Origin: Mustelus asterias
Lineage: Eukaryota
Direction: 5' to 3'
Length of the DNA: 64,000 bases
Assembly (NCBI RefSeq): GCF_964213995.1
Contig: NC_135805.1
Coordinates: forward strand, 41,726,001-41,790,000
In this document: positions 47,185 to 59,765 of the stretch, in pieces
How the letters are laid out: each line of letters opens with the position of its first letter
How positions within the stretch are numbered: position 1 is the stretch's first letter
The notes under the pieces: model-generated
Database searches by the model: none
The model's input: only the letters and a program-made list of their open reading frames with translations
Told to the model about the DNA's origin: nothing
Translations under genes and position numbers: made by a program

Positions 47185-48945
47185 CAGATGCTGAAGCCGC
47201 CCGTGCCCAAATCCAACAAGATCTAGGAATTCAGGCTTGGATTGATAAGTGGCAAGTAACATTCATGACACACAAGTGACTGGCAATGACCATCCCCAGG
47301 AAGAGACAATCTAAACATCTCCCATTGATGGTCAATGACATTACCATCACTAAATCACCCAGTATCGGCATCCTGGGAGTTACCACTGACCAGAAACTGA
47401 ATTTGACTGCCCATACAAATATTGTGGCTACAAGAGCAGGTCAGATGCTGGAAATTCTGCAGTGCGTCACTCACATCCTGACTCTCCAAAGCCAGTCCTC
47501 CATCAACAAGGCACAAGGTAGGAGTGTGATAGAATACTTTCCACTTGCCTGGATAAGTGTAGCTAAAAACGCACTCATGAAGCTTGGTATCATTGAGTGC
47601 AAAGCCATCTGCTTGATCAGCACTTCATCCATCACCTTAAACCTTCTTCTTAGACAGTCCCTTGGGTCGAGGGTGACTTGCTTCCACATTACAAGTGGGT
47701 TCTCAGGTGGTGGAGGAGTCCAATGTGCGACCCACAGTCTCTGAGACATGTGAGACAGTCGGTGGTTGGAGGAGTGGGTGGGTGGGATGTCCGGGTTGCC
47801 AGGCGATCCTTTCGCTGTCGACACTTGGCTTCAGCTTGCTCTTGATGATGAAATTCGAGGGGTTCAGCTGCTTCCTGCATGCTTTTCCTCCACTTCAAGC
47901 AGCCTTGGGCCAGGGATTCCCAATCATTGGTGGGGATGTTGCAGTTTTTCAATGAGATTTTGAGGGTATTCTTGAACTGTTTGCTCTGCCTCCCTGGACT
48001 CACTTGTCCTGGTGGAGATCCATGTAGAACGCTTGTTTCGGGTGCCTCGTGTCAGGTATGCAGATGATGTGGCCCACCCAGTGGAGTGGATTGAACATGA
48101 TCAATGTTTCGAAGCCGGAGATGTTTTCTTGAGTGAGAACACTAACATTGTGCACCTATCCTGCCGGTGAATTTGCAGGATCCTGTGGAGGCAGTGCTGG
48201 TGATACTTCTCCGGGGTTCTGTGGTGCCTGCTATAGATAGTCCACATCTCTGAGCCATATAGGAGGCTGGGTATCACTACTGCTCTGTGTTGGCACACTG
48301 AAGGCAGTGTTGAACCTCAATGTCGATGTCTGCCCTCATTGACAGTAGCTTCCCAAAGTATGGAAAGTGGTCCACATTGTCCAAGCTTCGCGATGTCTGC
48401 CCTTGTTGGCTATGAGCTCCGAAGTTATGGAAAATGCTCTACGCTGTCCATGGGCTGGATTTTGATAACCTGGGGTGGGCTATGCTGCATGTGGGGGCAG
48501 GTTGATAGAGGATCTTTGTTTTACGGAAGTTTAGTGTTAGGCCCATGCTCTTGTACACCATGGTGAAAGTGTTGGCAATGTCTTGGAGCTCAGGCTCAAT
48601 TTAACCTTCACTGCCCCCACAATTGGTGCATAGTGTAGCAGTGTGCACCATCTAAAGACAGAATGCAGCAACTTACCAAATCTCCTTCAATAGCATCTTC
48701 CAAGCCGCAGCCTCTACTGTCTGGAAGAACAGGGGTAGCTGATGCACAGGAACACCACCACCTGCAAGTTTCTCTCTAAGTCTCACGCCGTTCTGACTTG
48801 GATGCAAGTCATTCCTTCACTGTCACTGGGTGAAAACTCTGAAACTCCCTTTCTCACATGCACCACCACCTTCTTAAGTATAATTAGGGATGGACAATAA
48901 ATGTTGTCCTTGCCGGCCATGCTCACATTCCATGAACAAGTGAAA
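47185..48945 (+). mobile_element. LINE-B RT C-terminal and 3' fragment, split by an RTE
   Basis: ILGVTTDQKLN and KAQGRSVIEY; 3' tail taattagggatggacaataaatg. Confidence 0.8.
47647..48599 (-). mobile_element. RTE-clade LINE 3' fragment with a ~10-bp TSD
   Basis: AVVIPSLLYGSEMW, GRQSKQFKNTLK and C..C.RDCGSHIGL..HLRTH; (gaa)n tail; ttaaaccttc/tttaaccttc. Confidence 0.88.
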
Positions 48946-49821
48946 TAAAAGGGTTGAGAAGGGGTCAGGGGAGGTTTCCAACAGTTAAATTTTAAATCAT
49001 GACATTTGACCACAACACCTCGTAGACGCACCTATTTTTGCATTGACAGTTTACATGACGTGTCTGTGACCCCACCCTTAACAATTGCGATACTTCATTA
49101 TAACTCTTAAATCTCACAGTGTAGCTGGGAATCTAATTCAAGTGCAGTGGTTACACTTGGCACGAGAAACACACCAGCGAAATGGAAAGGAGCAGCCAGT
49201 TTAAGAAGGGGTTTTGTTAGTACTGATTGTGAGCTAGGATTCAGTTGAAGTGCTTCCTCCAACCCCTCAACCCATCTTCTGTCTGCTGCCAGGAATGGCT
49301 ACTTCCCGGCTGCTATTCTCACCCATACCATCCCAACCTTCCACCTCACAATCTGGAGTCCCCCACATCTCTCCCAGGATATTTCCCTCTCTCCTTCCCT
49401 CCTGATTGCTGGGGGATTAACCCCCCTCCCCTCCCACACTCCTAATCTGCCCCACAATCTTTCTCCATTAGTTGCGACAATCACCAACAGTCCCTGCCTC
49501 TGCTTTTCTGCCACTGGGCTTTCCTCATTCAATCAGCTGGCCAATCCACCCTGGCAGATAATGGAGTAAAATATTACAATGAGATGCTGAAGTTGGCAGG
49601 GCTTCCACGGTCTCTGAGATCTTCAGCATTCCTCACCACAACTGGGGTCACCATTCTCTCTCTGACTCCATGTTGGATATCAGTGACCCAAGTATGAGAG
49701 TGGGTGTTAGGGATGATCATATTAAACAGTACACTGCTAATGGACACTTGGGTGGAGAAGTGCACCATTGGCTATAGATTGAAAACTGATTTCACAATAT
49801 TGCAGTTGACCAATTTTGCCC

Positions 49822-49861
49822 ATTGCTTCTTGGCCTTTAGGCTAAGATCAAGTGTATATCT
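49822..49861 (+). pseudogene. RNU2: U2 snRNA 5' fragment
   Basis: ATTGCTTCTTGGCCTTTAGGCTAAGATCAAGTGTA-TATCT versus U2 ATCGCTTCTCGGCCTTTTGGCTAAGATCAAGTGTAGTATCT. Confidence 0.9.
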
Positions 49862-50141
49862 GGTCATGCATTTGGTTGAAGCCAATGAGGTTACACTGAG
49901 GCTTCACTTGAAGCAATTTTTTAAAAAGCCATCTCGGCCTTTTGGCTAAGATGAAGCTCAGGTCAAGCCCGGGAGGGGCTCTAATGCTTCATCCTATCAG
50001 CTTGGATCTGGTTTGATCGAGCCCAGGACAGGAGTATGGAGTGTCTTGTCAGCTTAGATCTGTAATGTCTCTCATGTAGGAAATCTTTTCGGGCCAAATT
50101 GGATTTCTGATTGGAAATAAAGTACCAAAAGGTACAAAAAA
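49822..50141 (+). mobile_element. U2-headed composite retroposon (long form)
   Basis: U2 head, a second U2 motif at 49932-49952, two U2-stem-II-like motifs, a tail homologous to 11730-11799, AATAAA at 50116 and an A-rich end. Confidence 0.7.
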
Positions 50142-50904
50142 TATATCTATTGTCCACAGCACCAGGGACATTGTCGGGGTCATCTACACTTCCATAGCGT
50201 GCTGTCTCTTCAGCCTATGATAAGCTTAACCATTGGTATTCACAGGACCCGCAGATCTGTGACCTTGCTGGGGTACAATGGCATGATAGCATTAGACAAT
50301 AGATGATTCTATCCCTCAGGTTAGCAGCACATATACAGTTTCCTATCAGCTCCTTTGGCTTAGCCTGTGCCAGTGGTAGAAAGTATGCTGGGCCAGGTTT
50401 TCAAAGTTGCACCACACAAAGTATATCTCAGAACTTAGCTGCACACCTCAGTTCCAAGAGGCTCCTTTTTGCAACATAGCAGTCAGCCATCTCATGCCCT
50501 CCTGCTACTGGCACCAGAGTTAAATACCATGGTAGGAACCATTAGCCACACACACAATATGGTTCCGCATTAAAATGATGGTTGAACTAAAGTTGTCGTA
50601 TCTGCAGCCTTCACCCTTGGAATGACATTCTGGCATAAATGGAATATTTGGGAGTTGTTGTACACAGAGGTGGATCCAAGGATGACAGTGGGTGAAGCCA
50701 AAAAGGTTTGAAATTTGTTTGTGATGAGCAACCATGTATATATATAAAGCGCAGAGCGGCAAAGTCACTGCAGCAGGAGGAGCCAGAAAATTATAGATCT
50801 GTCGTGAAATGAAATACAAATCTGTCGTGATCATTTCAGTTTAGAATTATTAAATCTCAAGTGGGTGGTAACAATGGTTTTCCCTTTATTTACCTCCTAT
50901 TCAT

Positions 50905-51860
50905 GTTAATGTTCACATTATATATTAATGATTTGGAAGAGGGAACTGAATGTATTACCTCCAAATTTGCAGATGATACAAAGTTGGGTGGGAGGGTGAG
51001 CTTTGAGGGGGATGCAGAGATGCTTCATGGTGATTTGGACAGGCTGAGTGTGTGGGCATCTGTATGGCAGATGCAGTATAATGTGGATAAATGTGAGATT
51101 ATCCACTTAGGTATCAATAATAGGAAGACAGATTATTACTTGAATGGGTGTAAATTGAGAGAGGTGGATACTCAGCGAGACCTTGATGTCCTCGTGCATC
51201 AGTTACTGAAAATAAGTGCACAGGTACAGCAGGCAGTAAAGAAGATAAATGGTATGTTGGCCTTCATAGGGATAAGGATGTTTTGCTGCAATTGTATAGG
51301 ACATTGGTGAGGCCACACCTGGAAAATTGTGTGCAGTTTTGGTGTCCTTATCTGAGGAAGGATGTCCTTGCTATAAAGGGAGTACAGCAAAGATTTACCA
51401 GGATGATTCCTGGGATGGCAGGTCTGTCATATGAGGAGAGATTAAATTGGTTAGGATTATATTCATTGGAGTTTAGAAGAGTGAGAGGGGATCTCATAGA
51501 AACTTATAAAATTCTAACAGGGTTAGACAGGGTAGATTCAGAAAGAATGTTCCCAATGGTGGGGGAGTCCAGAACTAGGGGTCATAGCTTGAGGATAAGG
51601 GATAAGCCTTTTAGAACAGAGGTGAGGAGAAATTTCTTCATCCAGAAGGTGGTGAATGTGTGGAATTCAGTACCACAGAAAGTAGTTGAGGCTGATTTCA
51701 AGAAGAAATTAGATACAGCTCTTGGGGCTAAAGGGATCAAGGGATATGGGGGAAGGGGGTTCAAAATATTGAATTCGATGATCAGTCATGATCAAAATGA
51801 ATGGCGAAGCAAGCTCAAAGGGCTGAATGGCCTGCTCCTGCTTCTAGTTTCTATGTTTCT
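50905..51860 (+). mobile_element. CR1 3' fragment
   Basis: [19 protein letters not shown] and LVRPHLE; tail (tttctatg). Confidence 0.93.
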
Positions 51861-53034
51861 ATTGCCATCAGGACTATGGACCAATGCATTACCAAATCAC
51901 CAAAGTGACCTCAGCATTTCAGTTAGTGCATGTAATACAGGATGAAGTCTATATTAACAACAGAACATTACCTTACTGGATTATGTACATGTGAAACAAA
52001 ACAAAGTATTTCAGTGACCAGAAAAAGTGTGGAATTGCATAATCGAAAACCCCAAATTCTGTCAAAAGATGGAATTTTATCATCCTTGAATGGGTTTATG
52101 AATCATAGCGTATGCCTGGAGGGGAGGCAGAAGATGGACCTCAGACTGCTGTTGAAGTGGTTAGCTGTAATAGTCAAGAGGAAGGTTCCTGTCTGATAAT
52201 TGCAAGGCTCCCCCTTGAAGTTGGCAATTCTGTGGTTTTGGAAGCAGGGGGTCGTTCATGGGGCTGTACCTGCATTGACAGTTTTACAGCAATCTTTGCT
52301 CAGATTATAGCTTGTAGAATTTTGGGGGCCATCTGTCTTCCACCTTCTCCTGCTGTGTAAGCCAAAGCTGAACAAGTGGGATCCTATGTTGCAGGGCCAG
52401 ATCAATCCAAGCACCTGAAGTGCTGCTTCAATGTGCCAGTGATACATTCAGTGCATGAATAGACCGAATGATAACAATGCTCACTTTGTGCCCTGAGACA
52501 CCGCACAGGAGTCAGCAGTTATGACTGTAGAGGGTGACCTTGATCTCCCAGAAGCCACCCAGAGAGTTCGCTTTCAGGGTCAGAGAGTGTTGGCATGGTA
52601 AATATTTTAAAGTGAAAGCACTGCGGCAGCTTCCAGCTAAGCAAGCATCCTCTCACATGCTGCGGTGCTACTAATTATAAATGATTCACATATGGAAGAA
52701 GTGGGAAGCCTCTCAGTCGATGCAGTTCATGGTGTGGTGCAGGAGAGCAGCTAGAACCCTGCAACTCTCTGAGAATCCAACCAGTGACACCTGTCCAAAT
52801 TTGCTAATGAGAGAAATACATTTGCACAGCTTTAATGTCACTCAACCATCAGAAACTGGCAAATAAATTGTGGGACCAATATGTGTCCAGTGGCAATTGT
52901 GACGGGAAGAATATTGGGTGGGACAGCAAGAGAGAACCCTTCTCTTGTTCAAATTTTCAATCTGCACAGGCCGATGATGCGTCATGTCAAAGACATTACC
53001 TACAGCAATGCTCTATTCCCCATTACACATTATC

Positions 53035-53102
53035 AACTAGAGGATTTTCACAGTAACTTCATTGCAGTGTTAATGTAAGCCTACTTGTGACACTAATAAA
53101 AC
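53035..53102 (+). mobile_element. Type-B SINE tail only
   Basis: gattttcacagtaacttcattgcagtgttaatgtaagcctacttgtgacactaataaa. Confidence 0.8.
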
Positions 53103-53153
53103 CTAGATCAAGTGCTTATGATGTCTGAGATTGTAACTACAACCCACGACTTA

Positions 53154-53472
53154 GGGTGGCATGGTGGCAGAGTGGTTAACACTGCTGCCTCACAGCACCA
53201 GGGACCCGGGTTCGATTCCCAGCTTGGGTCACTGTCTGTGTGGAGTTTGTACATTCTCCCCATGTCTGCATGGGTTTGCTCCGGGTGCTCTGGTTTCCTC
53301 CCACAGTCCAAAAATGTGCAGATGAGGTTGATTGGCCATGCTAAATTGCCCTTTGGTGTCAGGGGGACTAGCATGGGGTTATGGGGATGGGGCCTGGGTG
53401 GGATTGTGGTCGGTGCAGATTTGATGGGCCGAATGGCCTCCTTCTGCACTGTAGGACTCTATGATTCTATGA
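53154..53472 (+). mobile_element. HE1-type V-SINE, full length
   Basis: Head with B-box ggttcgattcc, V-domain and CR1 tail. Confidence 0.92.
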
Positions 53473-53484
53473 ATTACTGACTCA

Positions 53485-53595
53485 GAACTGGCGAAGGCCG
53501 ATGCCAAATGTCAACATTAAGTTGTCTTTCTTTACAGATGCTGCCTGAATTGCGAAGGGTTTTCAACAATACCTGTTCTGCGTCAGATTCCCATA
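53485..53595 (+). mobile_element. Very decayed relative of the short HHR/Penelope element
   Basis: ctggcgaagg...tacagatgctgcctga...cagattcc aligns loosely with the right arm at 31937-32030. Confidence 0.5.
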
Positions 53596-55624
53596 ATTTT
53601 TCTTTCTGTTTCATCAGAAATGTTCTTTTCTAGTTTCTCTGAATTGTCTAACTTTGCAATGGTGAATCGTGCTTGATTTGCCAACTAATCATATTTGATC
53701 TGTGTAGCTGAGATATTGCAGGTGCTTTCAGTCCCACTTAGAGAAATATCATTGATCAATAGATAGATAGATAGCCACTGTGGTGGTGAGGTGTGACTGT
53801 TTCAGAGGATTAATGGAGGCTGGTCCATGAGTAATGTTTCACACTTCTAATTTTGTGGTGTCTTTTGTAAAGTGTACAAAAACAATCAAACCCAGACTCT
53901 GGTTATTTTAAAGTGCGGTACCTGAGTAAAATAGCTCGTGCAAAATGGTATATTTTTTTCAGGAAACTGCAATATAACGTTTTATAAAGAAAATGCAACA
54001 CTTAATCTAGACATTATAACCATTAACAAGCTAATGGCATTTCCTTCACACTATGTATTGTTTTTTAAGACAGTCTGTTTTATGGTTAAAATATTACAGC
54101 CACGTACACTTGCTGCACCATTTCTGTAGTGATTTATTTGAAAGGGCAGAAGCAGGACAGCTCACCAGCTTTGTTCCTTCCTGTATCACTGTTTGGGGTC
54201 AAGAACTGAGAAAAGGGCTGGTCCCAAAGGCCTAACTTATTCCACCGGTGGAGGCTTTGGCTCCTCGCCTCTCTTTCTCTCCCCATCACTCTACGTTTAA
54301 AAAGGTCCAGATGTAGAAAAAGGTTTAGAAACGCAACTAATTGAATTTCGCAAAAACAATTTTGCCATTGTCCAAGGAAGTGTTCAAATCAACAGCACAT
54401 TTCTGAAAGGCAAAGGTTACCTAATTAGAACACCAAAAGTGTAACTAATTGCCCGCATTTATTTAAGACGGTCTAATACGGACTTCAATAATGTACAATT
54501 GTTGCACTCCTTAATGCAGCGGTTTGGCTGTATAGACAATATGGTTGGTTTAAATGAACTGAACCCAGCTTAATGAGGAGATCATTCACCTACTGCCAAA
54601 AGTCGACATGTGAAAGAGCTGGGGAACAAACTAAGTAGTTTATAGACTTATAGCATCTTGTGGATTAACAGATTTAAATCAGCTCATAATTCATGCTGTT
54701 TTACTTCTGTTTCCTGGACTCGGTTCAAGGTTTAGGCACCATCTACCCTCTTTTAACAGCGAACGTGGAATTTGATATGGGTTTCCTATATAGAAAATAT
54801 ACTACTAGCTTATAGGTGGAATGATTGGGGCCAGCTCCCTATAAGATCTGATGTAGGTCCAGTTCCGATGAAAGTGGGAAATAATCACCTCAGTTGACCA
54901 GGAAAACAAACCGGAATCTTTGGCGCACAACATATTTTATTCATTACCGCAATTGTTTTGTCGCTATCAATCCAAGTTGCAAAGTGGTCAGTATTAAAAA
55001 TCCAACGACTTATTGCCGGAGTGGGTTAGATATTGGACTTTATACCTGGGGTTTAGGTTCAAAATAAACTCCTCTGTCAGTTGCTTATGTTGTTCTGCCT
55101 GAAATGGGTTAGGACACTCCAAGTTGACTTTGATTCAACATGTACAATTGTCGATACTAAACTGGAAATCTGACTTGGAGGGACTGCAAGATGACTGCAG
55201 CATGAAGAGAAATAGGTTACACTGATGTAGTTATATGTGCTCTCCTGAGAATAAAAAGGAGCGTCGCTGTCTGCGTAACCATGTCATAGCTGCTCTGGGC
55301 ATAACGCGATGCACACTCTTACTGCCTGGAATTGCAAGTGTTGCTTTCCCCAGCCCTTACCTTGATCAGAACAAAGTTCAGAAAAAAAGACTACAGGCAC
55401 CTCAATGGCATAATTTGCCTTTGCCCATCAATTCAGCAAAGAGCAAGTTTATTTAAATCGCTTGTCATTTATAATAGAAACATTGAAAGGTTTCCAGCAT
55501 AGCAGGAGATCACTGAACTATTCAATCAAATAAGTACAAAGTCCCTCTTCCAATTTAAAAGTAAACATTCCAATTGTTCAATGTATTACCAAAGTATTAA
55601 ATACACTCATTCATTTCTACTAAG

Positions 55625-56075
55625 GTATCAGCCTTGGCTCAGTGGTAGCTCTCTCAGCCCCAGGTCAGAAGGTGATGTGCTCAAGCACCATTTTAAAGAC
55701 TTTAGCACATAATCTAGGCTGACACTTCATTACATACTGATGAAGTGCTGCACTTTTAGAGCTCCCGCCTTTTGGCTGAGTTGTTAATCCTCGGCTCTGT
55801 TCACCTCTCAGGTAGATCTCAGGTGCAAGATCCCATGCCAATATTCAAGAGCAGGGGGGTTCCCCTAGGTTCTTGACTAGTATTTAGCCCTCAGCCTCAA
55901 GTGAAGACAAATAAACTGGACATCAATCCCACTGCTCTTTGTGGAACCTTGTTATATGGAAATTAGCTATTGTGTTACCCTGCAGTGCAACAGTGTATAC
56001 ATTTCAAGAAGTATTTAATTGGCTGTGAACTTTGTGAAATATCCAAAAGTTGTCTGTATAAAAGCAAACTGTTTA
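55625..56075 (+). mobile_element. DeuSINE (SacSINE1-like), old
   Basis: tRNA-like head ttggctcagtggtag; Deu core ctctcaggt..aagatcccatg..agagcagggg..tttagccctcagcc; tail aacagtg..ttcaagaagtatttaattggctgt. Confidence 0.8.
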
Positions 56076-56294
56076 TATTTATTTCTCTGTGCTAATAGTA
56101 TTCATTCCACAAAATTGTCTTCCAAGGGAGGTACTTCAGCAGGAAACAAAAAGTATGCAGTTTGCCCTTTTGTCCTGCATGGATCCCTAATTGACGTGAG
56201 TTCTACCCATTGCTGACCTCGTGACTGAAATTTTCTTTGGGGGGGAAAATTTCCTTTTCAAAGCCTGTGGGGTGGATGGGAAATCCAGCACCTC

Positions 56295-57135
56295 ACATTA
56301 TTCAGCACAGATGGAGGACTTATGGCCCATCATATAATGCTGGCTCCCTGAAAGAGCAATTCGTCTAGTTCCATTCCCCACCCCAGGCCTGCAAATGTTT
56401 CCTTGTGAGATGATGGGTGGGATTTTACGGCCTTGCTCGGGCGAGACCGGAAATTCCCGCCCGAGGTCAATGGCGATTTCTGTTGTCGGACCCTCGCCCG
56501 CGCCGATTCCGTGGCAAGCGAGGTGGTAGAATTCCAGCCAATGATTCCATTCCCTTTTGAAAGCCATGATTGAAGTTGCCTCCACCATGCTCTCAGACAG
56601 TGCACTGCGGATCCGAGTCACCTTTTCCTCATGGTGTCGCTATTGCTTTTTTCACCAATTACCTTAAATTTGTTCCCTCTGGTTCTCGATACGTTGACCA
56701 ATGTGAACAGGTTCTTCCTATTCTGTCCAGGCCCCTCATGATTTTGCCAGAACTCCCTTGCTTTTATTCTATCAATAATGCCCAGAAACCAGCTTTATTA
56801 ACTGCTGGCTCCACCTTCCCTTCCACTTTCAACAGTTTGTGCACATTTACACCCAAGGTGTCTCCAGCATCTTCTTTAGAATTGTACCCTTTATTTTGTA
56901 TTGCCTCTCTTAATTTTTCCTACCAAAATGAATCATATCACACTTCTCTATATTCAAAATCCTCTCAACCTTCTCTTCCCAGGAAGAACAGTCCCAACTT
57001 CTCCAACCTTTCTACACAACTGAAGTTCCTCACCCCTGCATGGAACCATTCTTGTTAACCTTATTTGCAACTTCACTAATACCTTCACATCCTTCCTAAA
57101 GCATAGTGTCCTGAACTGCTACAATGCAGCAATTG
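56295..57135 (-). mobile_element. Old CR1 3' fragment
   Basis: MVEATSIMAFKREW and the CR1 3' UTR on the minus strand. Confidence 0.75.
56415..56540. mobile_element. PIF/Harbinger-type MITE inside the CR1
   Basis: GGGTGGGATTTTAC ... GTAGAATTCCAGCC; CpG-rich. Confidence 0.75.
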
Positions 57136-57149
57136 AGGCTTTTAAAAAA

Positions 57150-57420
57150 ATTTATTCATTCATCAGCGTGGGCGTTGCTGGCTGGACCAGCATTTATTGT
57201 CCATTCCTAATTGCCCTTGAACTGAGTGGCTTGTTGGGCCATTTCAGAGGGCATTTTAAGAGTTTGTGGATTGCTGTGGATCTGGAGTCACATGTAATCC
57301 AGACCAGGTAAGGACTTCCTTCCCTAAAGGACATTAGTGAACCAGATGCACAACAACCATTGCTGGTTTCATGGTTACTATCATGCAGACTAGCTCTAAT
57401 TCCAGCTTTTAAAAAATTAA
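57150..57420 (-). mobile_element. SINE-C 3' part
   Basis: Reverse complement of 27080-27268. Confidence 0.8.
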
Positions 57421-57922
57421 TTAATTGCTGCTGCACCCAATACTTCTAACTTCTTTAACACACTCGGATGGAAGAGTCCTAAAGGGCCAAAATAGAACAA
57501 AAAATGGAGAGTGTTAAACAAACTTCCAGATTGCTACAATACATATGTTATTGAGGCTTGCAACATTTGGTGTGTCTCTTCGGCTCCCCAGTTCTAACTC
57601 TCGGGTCGTTGTACACAGGTGAAACTCAGATTTTGCTTTTTGACCCGCAGCTCCAGATCAATCTATATCACTTCAGTAATCGCTGCAGAACAGCACTTTA
57701 ACTTATTCCAAACAAAGGTTGCAACCATGGTTTACCATTCAGCATTGTTCAAATAAACTGCAGAAAATACAAGTTATAAATCTGCAAAACTCTAAGAATA
57801 TGATTATGGAATAAATGGATCATTTTCACCTCGCTTTATCGCTGTGTATTCACAGTAACCCTCAGAACCATAGTCCAAAGATGAGCAGGTTCGGTGGATT
57901 GGCCACGCTAAATTGTCCCTTA

Positions 57923-58028
57923 GGGCGGAATTTTCCCATCCCGCCTGCCACGGGAAGCGTGCAAAAGCCCATTGACCTCGGGTGGGGTTTTCCGACCTTG
58001 GGGCGAGCATGGATGGAAAATCCTGCCC
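57923..58028. mobile_element. PIF/Harbinger-type MITE
   Basis: TIRs GGGCGGAATTTTCC / GGAAAATCCTGCCC with flanks TTA/ATA. Confidence 0.85.
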
Positions 58029-58086
58029 ATAGTGTCCCAAGATATATATAGATTAGGGGATTAGCAGGGTCAAATACGTGTGGTTA

Positions 58087-59222
58087 TTTTGATTTGATTT
58101 AGTATTGTCACATGTATTAACATACAGTGAAAAGTATTGAACATACCATTCATAGAGAAGGAAATGAGAAAGTGCAGAATGTAGTGTTACAGTCATAGCT
58201 AGGGTGTAGAGAAAGATCAACGTAATGCAAGGTAAGTCCATTCAAAAGTCTGACAGCAGCAGAGAAGAAGCTGTTCTTGAGTCGGTTGGTACACGACCTC
58301 AGACTTTTGTATCTTTTTCCCGAAGGAAGAAGGTGGAAGAGAGAATGTCCGGGGTGCGTGGGGTCCTCAATTATGCTGGCTGCTTTGTCAAGGCAGCGGG
58401 AAGTGTAGACAGAGTCAATGGATGGGAGGTTGGTTTGCATGATGGATTGGGCTACATTCACGACCTTTTGTAGTTCCTTGCAGTCTTAGGCAGAGCAGGA
58501 GCCATACCAAGCTGTGATACAACCAGAAAGAATGCTTTCTATGGTGCAGCTGTAAAAGTTGGTGAGAGTTGTAGCTGACATGCCAAACTTCCTTAGTCTT
58601 CTGAGAAAGTAGAGATGCTGGTGGGCTTTCTTAACTATAGCATTGGCATGGGGGGACCAGGACAGGTTGTTGGTAATCTGAACACCTAAAAACTTGAAAC
58701 TCTCGACCCTTTCTACTTCGTCCCCATTGATGTAGACAGGGGCATGTTCTCCTTTACACTTCCTGAAGTCGATGATAATCTCCTTCATTTTGTTGACATT
58801 GAGGGAGGGATTATTGTTGCCACACCAATTCACCAGATTCTCTATCTCATTCCTGTACTCTGTCTCGTCATTGTATGAGGTCCGACCCACTACTGTGGTG
58901 TTGTCAGCAAACTTGAAAATCGAATTGGAGGGGAATTTGGCCGCACAGTCATAGGTGTATAAGGAGTATAGTAGGGGGCTGAGATCACAGCCTTGTGGGA
59001 CACCGGTGTTGAGGATGATCATGGAGGAGGTGTTGTTGCCTATCCTTACTGATTGTGGTCTGTGAGTTAGGAAGTTCAGGATCCAGTCGCAGAGGGAGGT
59101 GTCGAGGCCCAGATCATGGAGTTTGGAGATGAGTTTCACGGGAATAATGGTATTGAAGGCTGAGCTGTAGTCAATAAATAGGAGTCTGACATAGGTGTCC
59201 TTGTTATCTAGGTGTTCCAGGT
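58087..59222 (-). mobile_element. Rex1/Babar LINE, 5'-truncated
   Basis: [48 protein letters not shown] and HPGHSLFHLLPSGKRY; (tttga)n tail. Confidence 0.92.
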
Positions 59223-59553
59223 GTTTATGAGGAAAGGGATACGGGGATAGGTCCTGGCTAAGAGTTGGTGTAAACTCAATGGGCTGAATGGCCTCCTTCT
59301 ACATGGTAGGGATTCTATGATTCTATGACAGTCATAACTTGTTGCCCATAGTCATTTCTAAACTTGAAAAAAAAATCAAACATGGAACTCATGACTTTAT
59401 CAGCACAGACAGTTTTCAATGACAGGACTATAGGTATCGAAGGAAAAAGCATCTGCATCAATGTGGCCGGTGACAATACTGATGCCTTCTGAACATGTAT
59501 GAGAAATATGTAATGAGACATAAATATGTCACACAGTGCGCCAAGTATCAAAC

Positions 59554-59580
59554 CTTGTCTTTCTCAAGAGAGCCGAGAAA
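59554..59580 (-). other. Candidate 27-nt microexon
   Basis: Minus strand: a ~95-nt AG-free, U-rich tract, then CCTAG|TTTCTCGGCTCTCTTGAGAAAGACAAG|GTTTGA. Confidence 0.35.
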
Positions 59581-59765
59581 CTAGGATGAAAACCAAAAAG
59601 AACGAGAAACACAAATAGTCAAACAAATAAAAATGAAAGAAAACATAAAGAATACAGGAATATTTTCCATATGGTTACTAATAAATTTTACACCTCCGTT
59701 TCCTCTCCTCTGTTGTGACAAGCTGTACATGGAAGTTTCTTTGAGATTCAGCTTCAAAAGCCAAA

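Larger units (their letters stand above)
57868..59329 (+). mobile_element. Headless HE1-type V-SINE split by a MITE and a Rex1
   Basis: Pieces 57868-57922, 58029-58086 and ~59240-59329 are colinear with HE1. Confidence 0.8.

Noticed and set aside
49822-49861. Functional U2 snRNA gene
   Set aside because: Only ~40 nt match, with substitutions, and there is no Sm site or 3' stems.
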